From: Clostridia bacterium
GTDB lineage: Bacteria; Bacillota; Clostridia; UBA1212; UBA1255
Length of the DNA: 64,000 bases
Assembly (NCBI GenBank): GCA_017517275.1
Contig: JAFWZX010000012.1
Coordinates: 52,434-116,433 of the forward strand
Direction of reading: 5' to 3'
Each line of letters opens with the position of its first letter. Position 1 is the first letter of the stretch. Of the stretch, positions 19,391-29,814 are shown one piece after another. A model generated the notes under the pieces. It did no database searches and had not been told where the DNA came from. It was given only the letters and a program-made list of their open reading frames with translations. The translations under genes and the position numbers were made by a program.

Positions 19391-19692
19391 TCTTCTGCAA
19401 CCATAGAGCTATTATCTGAAATTCCCGGAAGATATTTCTGTGAGTCCTTAAAGAAATATTGAATAGGAACTTTCAGTGCATCGGCAAAATACACCAGCTC
19501 AATATCTGAAACAGGACGGATTCCTTGTTCTATACGGCTTATTGTAATACGCTCAAGCATCAAGCCGCGAGACTGAAGTCTTGCAACAAGTTCATTTTGC
19601 GTAATACGAACGTGATTTTTATCATAAAAACCCATCCGTACGTAACGTATTTTCTCTCCGCATATATTTCTTCGAGCTTTGTTTTTCTCCAA
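19387..19692 (-). CDS. XRE-family helix-turn-helix transcriptional regulator
   Basis: HTH ITQNELVARLQSRGLMLERITISRIEQG. Probable TTG start at 19692, preceded by AGGAGG. The track ORF extends to an ATG at 19758, and an alternative ATG lies at 19635. Confidence 0.6.
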   Translation of the reverse strand: MEKNKARRNICGEKIRYVRMGFYDKNHVRITQNELVARLQSRGLMLERITISRIEQGIRPVSDIELVYFADALKVPIQYFFKDSQKYLPGISDNSSMVAEE

Positions 19693-19787
19693 TTGCACAA
19701 CCTCCTGTGCGGGTATTATGCAATAAACAAAAGGGCAAAACGTTCTGTTTGTGAACATTTTGCCCTTTGTACACTTTTGGTCCTTTT

Positions 19788-21056
19788 TTACTTATTTTTT
19801 TTCTTAAACTTCTTAATTATTCTTGTAACAAGCGATGGTTTTCTGGTTATCAGTTCGTGTTGCAGGTATTCTGCCCGTGCAGACTCGGGCAGGTATCCTT
19901 TCTCTATTTTTTTCTCAATTCTGTTCATTATGTACGTATCATAGAATAGGATTTTAATTACCGCGGCAAATACGTCTCCTAAGATAAGGCCTGGCAAGCC
20001 AAGCAAACCACCGCAAACACATAATCCTATCAAAACCAGCAGCGGACTTATTCCTATCTGGCCGCCAACAATATTAGGTGTAAGAATGGTATTATCTATG
20101 AGCTGCATTATTAAGACACAAACCAACGCAGTTATTGCCGTTGATAAATCCTGTGACAAACTGATAATGACTACGAAAATACCGCCAATCCAAGGACCAA
20201 CATACGGGATCATATTTGTTACACCGAGAATAACTGCAAACAAGATAGCATAATCTAATCCCGCTATTAGGAAAACTATGTAAGACAAGAACAATACTAT
20301 TAAAGCCTGAAGCAATTTGCCAGCGAAGTACTGAGTAAAAACTGTGTTGATTTTCTTCGCATTACAGAAAATCTTCTTTGCCGTATCCTCACGAAATATA
20401 CCGATTGTAATCGTCTTAGCAGCTTTTAAGGCATGATCCTTTTCCAAAAGCATATAAATTGATACCATAATACCCATAAAAGTATTGAATATTCCTGAAA
20501 AAGTCGTTGAAAAGACAGACGAAATAAAGCCGGTGATATTCTCTGAATTGAAATAATTAATTACTACTGACTTCATTTTCTCAATTCCACCGGCAATCGT
20601 TTCAACCACAACCTCCGGCAAATCAAAACGGCCGTTATGCATAACGTCATCATAGAAACCAACAAGCTTATCAAAAGCTGCAGGTAAATTCCTTGCAAAC
20701 ATAGATACAGTATCTATCAAGGTCGGGATTAGAGCAAAGAGAAGAAGCAAAACAATAACTAATAAGCTAGCGTATGCAATTATGATGCTCAGAACTCGTT
20801 TTCTTTTTGCATTCTGAATTTTTTTAAATACTTTCTTTTCCCAAATGTTCATATATGCGTTCAGAATAAACGCAATTATAAAACCAATCAATACGTAGCT
20901 GAAAACCGATATAAGAAAAGATGAGCAAAAAGAAAGCAACTTTCCGAATCCGTTAAAGTCAAAAATCAATTTAACAAAAAGTAAGCCGATAATGAAAATT
21001 AGTATTATCTTCTTTGGAGTTATGTTTTTTTTCTTGAATCCGTCAAAATTATCCAT
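19788..21056 (-). CDS. AI-2E family transporter (PerM/YdiK-like, UPF0118)
   Basis: 8-TM architecture with the central loop and GLPGLILG motif typical of AI-2E. Confidence 0.8.
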   Translation of the reverse strand: MDNFDGFKKKNITPKKIILIFIIGLLFVKLIFDFNGFGKLLSFCSSFLISVFSYVLIGFIIAFILNAYMNIWEKKVFKKIQNAKRKRVLSIIIAYASLLVIVLLLLFALIPTLIDTVSMFARNLPAAFDKLVGFYDDVMHNGRFDLPEVVVETIAGGIEKMKSVVINYFNSENITGFISSVFSTTFSGIFNTFMGIMVSIYMLLEKDHALKAAKTITIGIFREDTAKKIFCNAKKINTVFTQYFAGKLLQALIVLFLSYIVFLIAGLDYAILFAVILGVTNMIPYVGPWIGGIFVVIISLSQDLSTAITALVCVLIMQLIDNTILTPNIVGGQIGISPLLVLIGLCVCGGLLGLPGLILGDVFAAVIKILFYDTYIMNRIEKKIEKGYLPESARAEYLQHELITRKPSLVTRIIKKFKKKNK

Positions 21057-21069
21057 ATTTCCTCCATAA

Positions 21070-21792
21070 TTATTTCATCAAAAAACCGCCGTCAACAGTA
21101 ATAACCTGCCCGGTAATAAACGATGACTGCCTTGACGCGAGGAAATATACAACGTTTGCAACGTCCTCTGGCGTGCCCACCCTTGCAAGAGGGGTATTGT
21201 CCACTATATCCTGTATCGCTCTACTGTCAACGTTCTGATTCATTTTCGTATCTATAAATCCGGGGGCCACACAGTTAACACGTATTCCCGATAACCCAAG
21301 CTCGCGGGCAAGACTCTTAGTCAAACCTATTATTCCGGCTTTTGCTGCGCTGTAATGGACCTCACAAGAGGCTCCGCAAATACCCCACATCGAAGAAATA
21401 TTAATAATCGCCCCGGATTGTTTTCTAATCATACCGCGGGCGCTGCTTCTGGCACAGTAAAAAGCTCCTGATAGATTAGTATTTATCATCTTATTCCACT
21501 CATCATCAGTAATATCCGTAAAAAGCTTTTGCTGAGCAATCGCGCTATTATTTACGAGAACGTCAACGTCTCCAACTTGGGCAAACATTTGTTCAACCTG
21601 GCAACTGTCTGTAATATCTGCTTGATAAACGGCTATCTCCCCTGTAAATTCAGAAGATAATTCCTTTTGCAGAGCAATAGCTTCCGCTTGTGACTTATTA
21701 TAATTAATTACTACATCATAGCCCTTGGAAGCAAAGACTCTTGCGCAACTTCTTCCTATTCCTGTAGCCGCTCCGGTTATAAGTACTTTCAT
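21070..21792 (-). CDS. SDR family oxidoreductase (FabG-like 3-oxoacyl reductase fold)
   Basis: TGAATGIG, NNSAI and YSAAK motifs; 240 aa. Confidence 0.8.
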   Translation of the reverse strand: MKVLITGAATGIGRSCARVFASKGYDVVINYNKSQAEAIALQKELSSEFTGEIAVYQADITDSCQVEQMFAQVGDVDVLVNNSAIAQQKLFTDITDDEWNKMINTNLSGAFYCARSSARGMIRKQSGAIINISSMWGICGASCEVHYSAAKAGIIGLTKSLARELGLSGIRVNCVAPGFIDTKMNQNVDSRAIQDIVDNTPLARVGTPEDVANVVYFLASRQSSFITGQVITVDGGFLMK

Positions 21793-21856
21793 AATCTACC
21801 TCATCATCTGTAATACAGTCTAATGTTAAATAGTTTACCCTTGTTTGTCAAATTAT

Positions 21857-22642
21857 TTATGCCAACCATAAAGTATATCTGTCTGCAAGCATTGCAATAT
21901 ATTCCGAATTGGTAGGTTTGCCCTTCTCTGAGTTGATAGTATATCCAAAATACTCCTTCAGCAACTCCGGATTACAACGAAGGAGAGAAACTTCTATAGC
22001 CGTTCTGATTGATTTTTCCACGTTGGCCGGCTTCTTGCCTTCCTTTTCACCGATAATACTGTACACCCTCCTGTGCATGTTACTTAGTATCATTGGATTC
22101 TCCACAACCATACAAATTGCATCTCTCAAATAATTATATCCCGATAAATGAGCCGGCACTCCCAGTTCATGAAGCAAAACCGTTATTTTCTTTACAAGAT
22201 ATAAGTTATTTGTATATTTGCTGTCCTTTTCCTCCTCAATACAATAATCGGTGTTTTTAATTGCCAGGTCTCGGACCAGATCCAGCATAAAGTCAAGTTC
22301 AAGAGGCTTTTCCATAAAAACTGTATTCTCAAAGTTGTTTTGAATCTCGTTCCTTTCTCGTATATTACACGCTGCCGTCACAACAATAACGAGATTTGAC
22401 CTTATGCTGCATCTTAATTTAGTGAAAAAAGCAGTTTTCCCCGCGTTAAACATATCAGGATTTACAATTAATATTTGTGGTTTTTTCTCACATGTGAGCA
22501 TTAAGACAAGATCAGCACAAGTTGTAGAAGCACACACAGTAACATCTGTTCTCTCTGCAATAATACGTCTCAGATGATTTGTAAAATCAACGTCCGGGTC
22601 CGCAATCAAAACACTCATTCTTTTATACAACAAGTTTATCAT
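21857..22642 (-). CDS. Spo0A-family regulator with an atypical receiver domain (phospho-acceptor Asp replaced by Asn)
   Basis: C-terminus LHELGVPAHLSGYNYLRDAI...VEKSIRTAIEVS...KGKPTNSEYIAMLAD is a clear Spo0A_C domain. The N-terminus aligns to the Spo0A receiver (IADPD acidic pocket, T, and K of EKPL), but PQILIVNPDM aligns to PDVLILDVIMP, giving D->N. Start chosen at MINLL (RBS AGAGGAAGG); the track ORF extends to 22714. Confidence 0.65.
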   Translation of the reverse strand: MINLLYKRMSVLIADPDVDFTNHLRRIIAERTDVTVCASTTCADLVLMLTCEKKPQILIVNPDMFNAGKTAFFTKLRCSIRSNLVIVVTAACNIRERNEIQNNFENTVFMEKPLELDFMLDLVRDLAIKNTDYCIEEEKDSKYTNNLYLVKKITVLLHELGVPAHLSGYNYLRDAICMVVENPMILSNMHRRVYSIIGEKEGKKPANVEKSIRTAIEVSLLRCNPELLKEYFGYTINSEKGKPTNSEYIAMLADRYTLWLA

Positions 22643-22774
22643 CCTTCCTCTTTTGCTTCTCTGAATGATACAAATTGTTTTGCTACGTTTTTTCAGAGAG
22701 TGAGAGGATAACATAATATCTTTGTACGTGTCAAAAAAAAGATATATTTCCCGGGAAATGTTTATTGTTAAAAA

Positions 22775-23776
22775 TCAAATAGTCTCCAGACTAATATTCG
22801 CCATCGCATTCAGTTCCAAATCAGCAACTCTGCCTTGTTTTAACGCGTAATACGCAGCGCAGGCAATCATGGCACCATTGTCTGTACATAAAACAGGTGC
22901 CGGCATATATACTTTTGCGCCTTCTTTCTCTGCCATAACTGAGACGCTCGTTCTCAGAGCAGAATTAGCAGCAACCCCTCCTGCTAAAACAATCTTGTTA
23001 TGTCCGGTCGCACGGTTAGCTTTCATAAGATTTTCAGTAAGGATGGATACTAATGCTTTCTGGAAAGAAGCACAAACATCCGGAACACAGATTTCCTTTG
23101 TGTTGTTTATGTAATTCAGCACAGCTGTCTTAACGCCGCTGAAACTAAAATCAAGACTTCCGTCAAAATGTACCTGAGGAAAAACAATTTTATCAGGGTC
23201 TCCGTTCTTTGCGGCTTTATCTATTGCAGGGCCGCCTGGATATCCAAGACCTATCGCTCGGGAAATCTTATCAAAAGCTTCCCCTGCTGCATCGTCGCGA
23301 GTTTGCCCAAGGATCTTGAATTTTCCATAATCAATACATTCTACAATGTGACTATGTCCCCCTGAGGCTACGAGGCAAACAAAAGGCGGTTCTAACTCAG
23401 GATCTTGGAGAAAATTCGCGCTAATATGTCCTTCCAGGTGATGGACGGGACACAAAGGAACTTTCAGCTTATATGCCAATGATTTTGCGGCAGATACTCC
23501 TACCAGCAGCGCTCCTATCAAACCCGGCCCAAACGTAACACCTATCTGGTCAATGTCCTCAAGTTTGCATCCTGCCGTAATAAGCGCGTTATCTATTACC
23601 TGAATAACGTTCTGTACGTGCATTCTTGATGCCAGTTCCGGTACAACACCGCCAAATTCCTTATGCGATTCAATTTGTGACGAAATAACGTTAGACAGTA
23701 TTATTCTGCCGTTTTTTACTACAGAAACAGACGTCTCATCACAACTTGATTCAATTCCTAATGTCAATATGTCCAT
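22775..23776 (-). CDS. tsaD: tRNA N6-adenosine threonylcarbamoyltransferase TsaD
   Basis: [17 protein letters not shown] and the Kae1/Gcp family signature. Confidence 0.9.
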   Translation of the reverse strand: MDILTLGIESSCDETSVSVVKNGRIILSNVISSQIESHKEFGGVVPELASRMHVQNVIQVIDNALITAGCKLEDIDQIGVTFGPGLIGALLVGVSAAKSLAYKLKVPLCPVHHLEGHISANFLQDPELEPPFVCLVASGGHSHIVECIDYGKFKILGQTRDDAAGEAFDKISRAIGLGYPGGPAIDKAAKNGDPDKIVFPQVHFDGSLDFSFSGVKTAVLNYINNTKEICVPDVCASFQKALVSILTENLMKANRATGHNKIVLAGGVAANSALRTSVSVMAEKEGAKVYMPAPVLCTDNGAMIACAAYYALKQGRVADLELNAMANISLETI

Positions 23777-24582
23777 ATTAAAAACGTCCCGAAAAATTTA
23801 TGAAATACTAATTGATCAAGAATTACAAAAACGCCCAGTATAATCAAATATATTGCAAAAACATACAATTTCTTTCTTTTAAAGAAATCTAACATAAATT
23901 TTATCGCTATATAACCGGAAATACCTGCCGATAACATACCGGCAAGCAAGCACAGCCAGTCGACATCCTGAGACGTTTCTACTATATCTTTTACTCCTAA
24001 AACAACAGATCCTAAAATAACAGGAATAGACATTAAAAAGGAAAATTTCAATGCGGCTTCTTTTTTTAATCCTGTATATGTGCCTGCAGCAAAAGTACTG
24101 CCGGATCTTGATATACCAGGCATAATCGCAACAGCCTGCGTAGCTCCTATTGCCAAAGATCCGAAAAGGCCCAAATCTGAAAGTGCTTTTTTACCGCCAT
24201 TTTTCTTTCTGCGTTCTGCAAAAATAAGTAAAATCGCTGTAACTAAGAAAGCAACTCCCAGGAAGCCGCCGCTTGAAGACATTTCCTCAATATAGTCGTC
24301 AAAAAACACCCCGACAAGAGCCGCCGGTATAGTAGCTATGATTAAAAGCAACGTTAATTTCTGGAACGGCCTCTTAATCAAGGCGGCTATTTCCTTCTTT
24401 AAAACGATAAACACGGCAACTAAAGTTGCTAAATGAACTGCTATATCAAACGTCAGACCGAATGATTCCGACTCAAAGCCAAAAACTTTTCTGATTAAAA
24501 TCAGATGTCCTGAACTACTTACCGGTAAAAACTCGGTCAAACCTTGTACTAATCCTAATATTAATGCTTGAATAATTTTCAT
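23764..24582 (-). CDS. uppP: Undecaprenyl-diphosphate phosphatase UppP/BacA
   Basis: [19 protein letters not shown] and PGISRSG motifs. Confidence 0.9.
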   Translation of the reverse strand: MKIIQALILGLVQGLTEFLPVSSSGHLILIRKVFGFESESFGLTFDIAVHLATLVAVFIVLKKEIAALIKRPFQKLTLLLIIATIPAALVGVFFDDYIEEMSSSGGFLGVAFLVTAILLIFAERRKKNGGKKALSDLGLFGSLAIGATQAVAIMPGISRSGSTFAAGTYTGLKKEAALKFSFLMSIPVILGSVVLGVKDIVETSQDVDWLCLLAGMLSAGISGYIAIKFMLDFFKRKKLYVFAIYLIILGVFVILDQLVFHKFFGTFLIWTY

Positions 24583-25982
24583 GTTCCTGTTTTAGTATCC
24601 GTTTCTTGCTGTTCGAGGTAAATATCCTCTTTAACTGACTCTTTTATAGTACTGCCTTTTTTCGCTTTTTTGCCTTTGTAAACGTACACAGGTGCTGCGC
24701 CGTTTTTTATTGTATCTGCTGTAATAATGCATTTCACAACGTCCGTTTTAGTCGGAATAAGATACATAACGTCAAGCATCGCTGATTCGACAATAGCACG
24801 AAGGCCTCTGGCGCCGGTCTTGCGAGCCATGGCAATCTCTGTTACGGCAGCAACGGCATCCTCGCTAAACTCCAGATCAACACCATCTATTGCCAGCAAC
24901 TTCTGATACTGTTTAACTAAAGCATTCTTTGGCATCGTAAGAATTTCTTTGAGCATCTCTGTGTCAAGGGAATTCAAGGTAACTATCATGGGCACACGTC
25001 CTATGAACTCAGGAATAAGACCAAACTTCAAAAGATCCTGTGGCTCTACCTGGGCCAGCATCTTATCTGAATCCAAATCCTGACTGCTGTGGACAGAGCC
25101 TGAAAAACCGATGGTGTTCTTGCCTGTTCTGCTCTCTATTATCTTAGGCAGTCCGTCAAATGCGCCTGAACAGATAAAGAGAATATTCGTAGTGTCAATA
25201 TTAATAAATTCCTGATGGGGATGCTTTCTTCCTCCCTGAGGCGGCACAGCCGCTACAGTTCCTTCAAGAATCTTAAGCAAAGCCTGCTGGACACCTTCGC
25301 CACTTACATCTCTCGTAATTGATGGATTATCTCCTCTTCGTGAGATTTTATCGATCTCGTCTATGAAAATAATGCCTCGTTCCGCTTTTTCTATATCGTA
25401 ATCACTGGCCTGAATAAGCCTGAGCAAAATATTCTCAACGTCCTCTCCCACATATCCGGCTTCAGTAAGCGACGTAGCATCTGCAATCGCAAAAGGAACG
25501 TTGAGTATTTTTGCCAAAGTCTGTGCAAGATACGTCTTACCTACACCGGTAGGCCCGATAAGTAGTACGTTGCTCTTTGCAATCTCTACGCCGGCAAAAG
25601 GCCCATCATGCGATTCTGTATTTGTCTGATTTGCTTTTTTAGAAGTTTTTTTCTTATTTTTCTTAAGATCTTCTATTCTTTTGTAATGATTGTACACCGC
25701 TACTGCCAAAGCTTTCTTAGCAGTATCCTGTCCTATGACGTATTCGTCCAAAGCCGCTTTAATTTCTTCCGGCTTTAATAAATTTTTCTCCTCGGCAACG
25801 GTTGCCTCGGAAAAATCACTGTCTTGTGCATCGTCGATCAAATCATCCTGTAAAATGTCGCAACACAAATCAACACATTCATCACAAATGAACACGCCGG
25901 GTCCCGCAATAAGACGCTTTACCTGATCTTCTCTTTTGCCGCAAAAAGAACAGTGAACGCAATGGTCATCTTTCTTCGCCAT
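24579..25982 (-). CDS. clpX: ATP-dependent Clp protease ATP-binding subunit ClpX
   Basis: N-terminal C4 zinc ribbon (CSFCGK...CDEC), Walker [17 protein letters not shown]. 4-nt overlap with uppP. Confidence 0.95.
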   Translation of the reverse strand: MAKKDDHCVHCSFCGKREDQVKRLIAGPGVFICDECVDLCCDILQDDLIDDAQDSDFSEATVAEEKNLLKPEEIKAALDEYVIGQDTAKKALAVAVYNHYKRIEDLKKNKKKTSKKANQTNTESHDGPFAGVEIAKSNVLLIGPTGVGKTYLAQTLAKILNVPFAIADATSLTEAGYVGEDVENILLRLIQASDYDIEKAERGIIFIDEIDKISRRGDNPSITRDVSGEGVQQALLKILEGTVAAVPPQGGRKHPHQEFINIDTTNILFICSGAFDGLPKIIESRTGKNTIGFSGSVHSSQDLDSDKMLAQVEPQDLLKFGLIPEFIGRVPMIVTLNSLDTEMLKEILTMPKNALVKQYQKLLAIDGVDLEFSEDAVAAVTEIAMARKTGARGLRAIVESAMLDVMYLIPTKTDVVKCIITADTIKNGAAPVYVYKGKKAKKGSTIKESVKEDIYLEQQETDTKTGT

Positions 25983-26018
25983 CTAAAACCTCCTGAATTA
26001 ATAATAAAACTTAATCAA

Positions 26019-26603
26019 TCAGCTGCGTTTTTCTACTACCTTGTCGATTAATCCGTATTCCATCGCTTCTTGAGCACTCATATAGTTATCACGATCAGTA
26101 TCTATTACAACTCGCTCTAACGGTTGGCCTGTCTTCTCACTTAAAATTCTGTTAAGCTTATCTTTAATCTTAAGAATGTGTTCTGCCTGAATCTTAATAT
26201 CAGATGCCTGACCTTGTGCACCGCCTAAAGGCTGGTGAATCATAATCTCACTGTTTGGAAGTGCAATTCTCTTGCCCTTTGCTCCTGATGCCAACAGAAA
26301 AGCTCCCATGCTTGCCGCCATACCGATACAAATTGTAGAAACGTCACATTTTACAAATTGCATTGTGTCATAGATAGCCATTCCGGCCGTAACAGAACCT
26401 CCCGGACTGTTGATATACAACTGAATATCCTTATCCGGATTCTCCGATTCCAAAAACAGTAACTGCGCAACTACTATGCTCGCTGTTACGTCGTTTACTT
26501 CATCACTTAATACGATTATTCTATCATTAAGCAGTCTTGAGAAAATATCGTAAGATCTCTCGCCTCTGCTTGTCTGCTCTACTACGTAAGGTACTAATGC
26601 CAT
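26019..26603 (-). CDS. clpP: ATP-dependent Clp protease proteolytic subunit ClpP
   Basis: [20 protein letters not shown] (catalytic Ser) and IMIHQPLGG motifs. Start taken at MALVPYV after RBS AGAGGGA; the track ORF starts 19 codons upstream. Confidence 0.9.
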   Translation of the reverse strand: MALVPYVVEQTSRGERSYDIFSRLLNDRIIVLSDEVNDVTASIVVAQLLFLESENPDKDIQLYINSPGGSVTAGMAIYDTMQFVKCDVSTICIGMAASMGAFLLASGAKGKRIALPNSEIMIHQPLGGAQGQASDIKIQAEHILKIKDKLNRILSEKTGQPLERVVIDTDRDNYMSAQEAMEYGLIDKVVEKRS

Positions 26604-26713
26604 AAAATCCCTCTTTCTCATATATTTATTAAATGCCGTCGTGACAGTATTAGTATACAACAGTTACGACGGCATAAAATATTAAATCTGAAAAATTAAT
26701 GCTTTGTTTTCAA

Positions 26714-27994
26714 TTAAGCTCTTACAATAGAACTGTAAATAACATCTTCTGCTTTTTCAAGCTTGATTCCGTATTCCAGCTGGTCCTGATGAGCTGCAAA
26801 CATAGCCTTAACCTCTTCTGAAGACTTTCTATAATATCCTGCGAGCTTTTCGTACTCAGCTTCTTTATCTGCTTCAGTAACTTCAAAAGCTTCTACTTCT
26901 GCAATCTTCTCGATAACAAGATCTCTCTTAACGTTAATCTCAGCCTGAGGACGAAGAGATTCCTTGTATTCTTCAACTGTCTTACCGGAATAATTACAGA
27001 AATCTTCTATTGTCATACCGTACATTTTGAACTGTGACTCTGTTCTGTTAACAAGACTGTCAACCTCTGAGTCAATCATGCAAGAAGGAATCTCTACTTC
27101 AGCAGCCTCGATAACTTTACGAAGAGCTTCTTCATGCATCTGATTCTTAGCCGTCTGAGCTTTGCTCTCTGCTAATTTATTCTTAACGTCTGCTTTATAT
27201 TCCTCTAACGTTTCAAATTCGCTTACGTCTGAAGCAAATTCGTCATTAATCTCAGGAAGTTCAAAATATTTAATACCATTAATTGTAACTTTGAATTCTG
27301 CATCCTTGCCGGCGAGTTCAGTTGCTTGGTAGTCCTCAGGGAAAGTAACCTTAACAATTACTTCTTCATTAAGATTCTTACCTATTAACTGATCTTCAAA
27401 TCCGGGAATAAACTGTCCTGAGCCAAGCTCAAGAGAATGATTTGTAGCGCTGCCGCCTTCAAATTCAACACCGTCAACACTGCCTACGAAATCAATGACA
27501 ACTGTGTCACCCTTTTGCGTAGCTCTGTCGTCAACAGATATCTCACGAGAATTCTTTTTAGCTTCTTCCTGAATAGCTGCGTCAACTTCTTCTTCAGTAA
27601 CTTCATCAGATACGTTAGCAACCTCTATGTTCTTATATGCGCCTAACGTAACATCGGGCTTTACGTATACGTTAAGAGTGAAAGTCATGTTGTTTTGTGT
27701 CATCTCAGGAACTTTAATATCTACAGGATCTGATACCGGCTGAAGATTAAGCTCTTTGATAGCCGCATCGTATTCTTTATTGATGATATAGTATGATGCA
27801 TCGTCAAAAAGAACCTCAACTCCGTAAATTTGTTCAATCATCTTACGAGGAGCTTTGCCTGCTCTGAAGCCATGTACGTTAAATTTCTTTTTATTCTTAT
27901 TAAATGAGTAAGCAAGACCTTCTTCAATAACCTCAGCCGACACGTCAAAAGTCAACTTAACCAGGCTTGCTTCCTTCTCCATTTTTACTGACAT
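26714..27994 (-). CDS. tig: Trigger factor
   Basis: 426 aa with the ribosome-binding motif GFRAGKAP near the N-terminus and an FKBP-type middle domain. Confidence 0.9.
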   Translation of the reverse strand: MSVKMEKEASLVKLTFDVSAEVIEEGLAYSFNKNKKKFNVHGFRAGKAPRKMIEQIYGVEVLFDDASYYIINKEYDAAIKELNLQPVSDPVDIKVPEMTQNNMTFTLNVYVKPDVTLGAYKNIEVANVSDEVTEEEVDAAIQEEAKKNSREISVDDRATQKGDTVVIDFVGSVDGVEFEGGSATNHSLELGSGQFIPGFEDQLIGKNLNEEVIVKVTFPEDYQATELAGKDAEFKVTINGIKYFELPEINDEFASDVSEFETLEEYKADVKNKLAESKAQTAKNQMHEEALRKVIEAAEVEIPSCMIDSEVDSLVNRTESQFKMYGMTIEDFCNYSGKTVEEYKESLRPQAEINVKRDLVIEKIAEVEAFEVTEADKEAEYEKLAGYYRKSSEEVKAMFAAHQDQLEYGIKLEKAEDVIYSSIVRA

Positions 27995-28097
27995 TATTCT
28001 AACCTCCGTTTTTTAGTAATTATATTACCAAAAAGAATATAAAAAGCCTGCTAAGCAATTACGTTAAGCAAGCCTAAATATACTTGTCTGCTTATTA

Positions 28098-28295
28098 TTA
28101 CAGACCATATCTCTTATTGAACTTATCAACACGTCCGCCGGTGTCTATCAGCTTCTGCTTACCTGTGTAAAAAGGATGGCACTTAGAACATATTTCAACG
28201 TTGATTTCCTTCTTTGTTGAGTATGTTATAAAAGTCTCTCCGCAAGCACACTTTGCTGTAGTCTCCTCAAATTTAGGATGAATACCTTCTTTCAT
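28098..28295 (-). CDS. rpmE: 50S ribosomal protein L31 (zinc-ribbon form)
   Basis: MKEGIHPKF, CxCG...[22 protein letters not shown] upstream of the ATG at 28293-28295. Confidence 0.9.
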   Translation of the reverse strand: MKEGIHPKFEETTAKCACGETFITYSTKKEINVEICSKCHPFYTGKQKLIDTGGRVDKFNKRYGL

Positions 28296-28318
28296 TGATG
28301 TCACCTTCTTTCACTAAT

Positions 28319-28349
28319 CTGTTGCGCAAAACAATCAACTGCGCAACAG
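28319..28349 (-). other. Stem-loop (10-bp perfect stem, 11-nt loop) in the rpmE 5' leader
   Basis: CTGTTGCGCA...TGCGCAACAG inverted repeat 24 nt upstream of the rpmE start. No following U-tract, so not a terminator. Confidence 0.35.
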
Positions 28350-28459
28350 TACCCGACATTATACCACGGCACATTGCAATAATGCAACATTTTTTTCTAA
28401 GGTTTTTCTTGTTTTTGAGGTGTTTACCTTGTATAATTATCTAACGCATAAAAAAACAG

Positions 28460-29800
28460 GTGATAAAAATGATTCATAATTTACGTAAAATATTATTTAC
28501 AGCCTTCTCACTAACTTTATCTATGACAGTTCTTCCGTCTTGTACTTTTACGTCAGACAAAAAGCAAACCTTTGAAAAGGTAACGGACACAGATTATTCG
28601 ATAACTTATTATTGGGGGCCCTCTGCTTCCGAATTCAACGAAGACGTAGTTATAAAGATGAAGGAAGCCGGTTTTGATATAGTTCCTCTCCAACGTTTTG
28701 CATATGACTATGAAATGAACAAGACCGCTTTAGACTTATTAAAAAAACACGGGCTCAATGCAGCCGTTACCGACGGACGGATATCTTCTCTTTATTATGA
28801 TAACGCCCCCCAAAGTCGAATCGATACCGTTGTGGCAGAGGTTGTGGAATATTATAAGGATTATGACAATATTAAGGAGTGGATTATCTGCGATGAACCT
28901 TCCGCTGCGAAATTTGACGTTATCGGTAGGATAACTGATGCAATTCACCGTCTGGCTCCGGGCGCGAAAGCATACGTAAATTTATTACCAAATTATGCAC
29001 CGGCCGATATGCTTGGAACATCCTCATACGAAGAATATCTGAATTCTTTTTGTGAAAAAGTTCAGCCTGATTATATTTGTTTTGACTATTACGACCTGCT
29101 GGGAGATGATACAACGGTAAGCCATCGAGGTCTTTATCTTGAAAATCATGAGCAAGCACGTATTGCAGGCATGAAATATAATAAAGAAAATCGCGTTATT
29201 GTACTTCTGATAAAGCATGGTCCTTACAGCAACGTTTCATACACGGAAGTTGTATGGCAATCTAATTTATCACTGCTTTTCGGAAATAAGTCGCTATCCT
29301 TTTTTACCTTCTCACTGCCAACGGAAGATAAAAACTTCGTATGGAGTGATGCTATGGTAGAAGGAGACGGCAGTACTACTCCTCATTACGAATATGTAAA
29401 GAAGGCAAATGCAGAAACACGTGTTCTCGGAAATGCGCTCTATAACACAGAAGCAGAGAAAGTTTTCTGCATAGATAATACAAACACCGCATCTTTCACT
29501 ATAGGTATTCCTATGTATTCATCATACGGAGCTCTTGCAGACATCAAAGGCGGCAAGGATATGCTGGTCAGTTTCTATAACAATGGTTCCTTTATGCTAA
29601 TGAATGGTAATTCCGATCCGGATATGCCAAGTACACTTACCACAAAAAGCATAAAAGGAAGTCTCCAGTGGCTTAACCCTAAGACTTCCAGATGGGAAAG
29701 TATACATTCCTCTCCATATATAAAGCAAAATCGCGATACTACCTATGATATCACACTTAATTCCGCGCAGGCTGTGTTATTACGGGTGGCCGTCACATAA
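28460..29800 (+). CDS. Hypothetical lipoprotein with a possible glycoside-hydrolase-like TIM-barrel domain
   Basis: Signal peptide plus lipobox (VLPSC). YYWGPSA...EAGFDIV resembles GH-like barrels. No confident family assignment. Confidence 0.45.
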   Translation: MIKMIHNLRKILFTAFSLTLSMTVLPSCTFTSDKKQTFEKVTDTDYSITYYWGPSASEFNEDVVIKMKEAGFDIVPLQRFAYDYEMNKTALDLLKKHGLNAAVTDGRISSLYYDNAPQSRIDTVVAEVVEYYKDYDNIKEWIICDEPSAAKFDVIGRITDAIHRLAPGAKAYVNLLPNYAPADMLGTSSYEEYLNSFCEKVQPDYICFDYYDLLGDDTTVSHRGLYLENHEQARIAGMKYNKENRVIVLLIKHGPYSNVSYTEVVWQSNLSLLFGNKSLSFFTFSLPTEDKNFVWSDAMVEGDGSTTPHYEYVKKANAETRVLGNALYNTEAEKVFCIDNTNTASFTIGIPMYSSYGALADIKGGKDMLVSFYNNGSFMLMNGNSDPDMPSTLTTKSIKGSLQWLNPKTSRWESIHSSPYIKQNRDTTYDITLNSAQAVLLRVAVT

Positions 29801-29814
29801 AGAGAGATTTAAAC

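Noticed and set aside
28000-28097. Possible terminator downstream of rpmE (aagcctgctaagcaattacgttaagcaagcct)
   Set aside because: The inverted repeat is imperfect (mismatches in the stem) and lacks a clean T-tract. Not confident enough to call.
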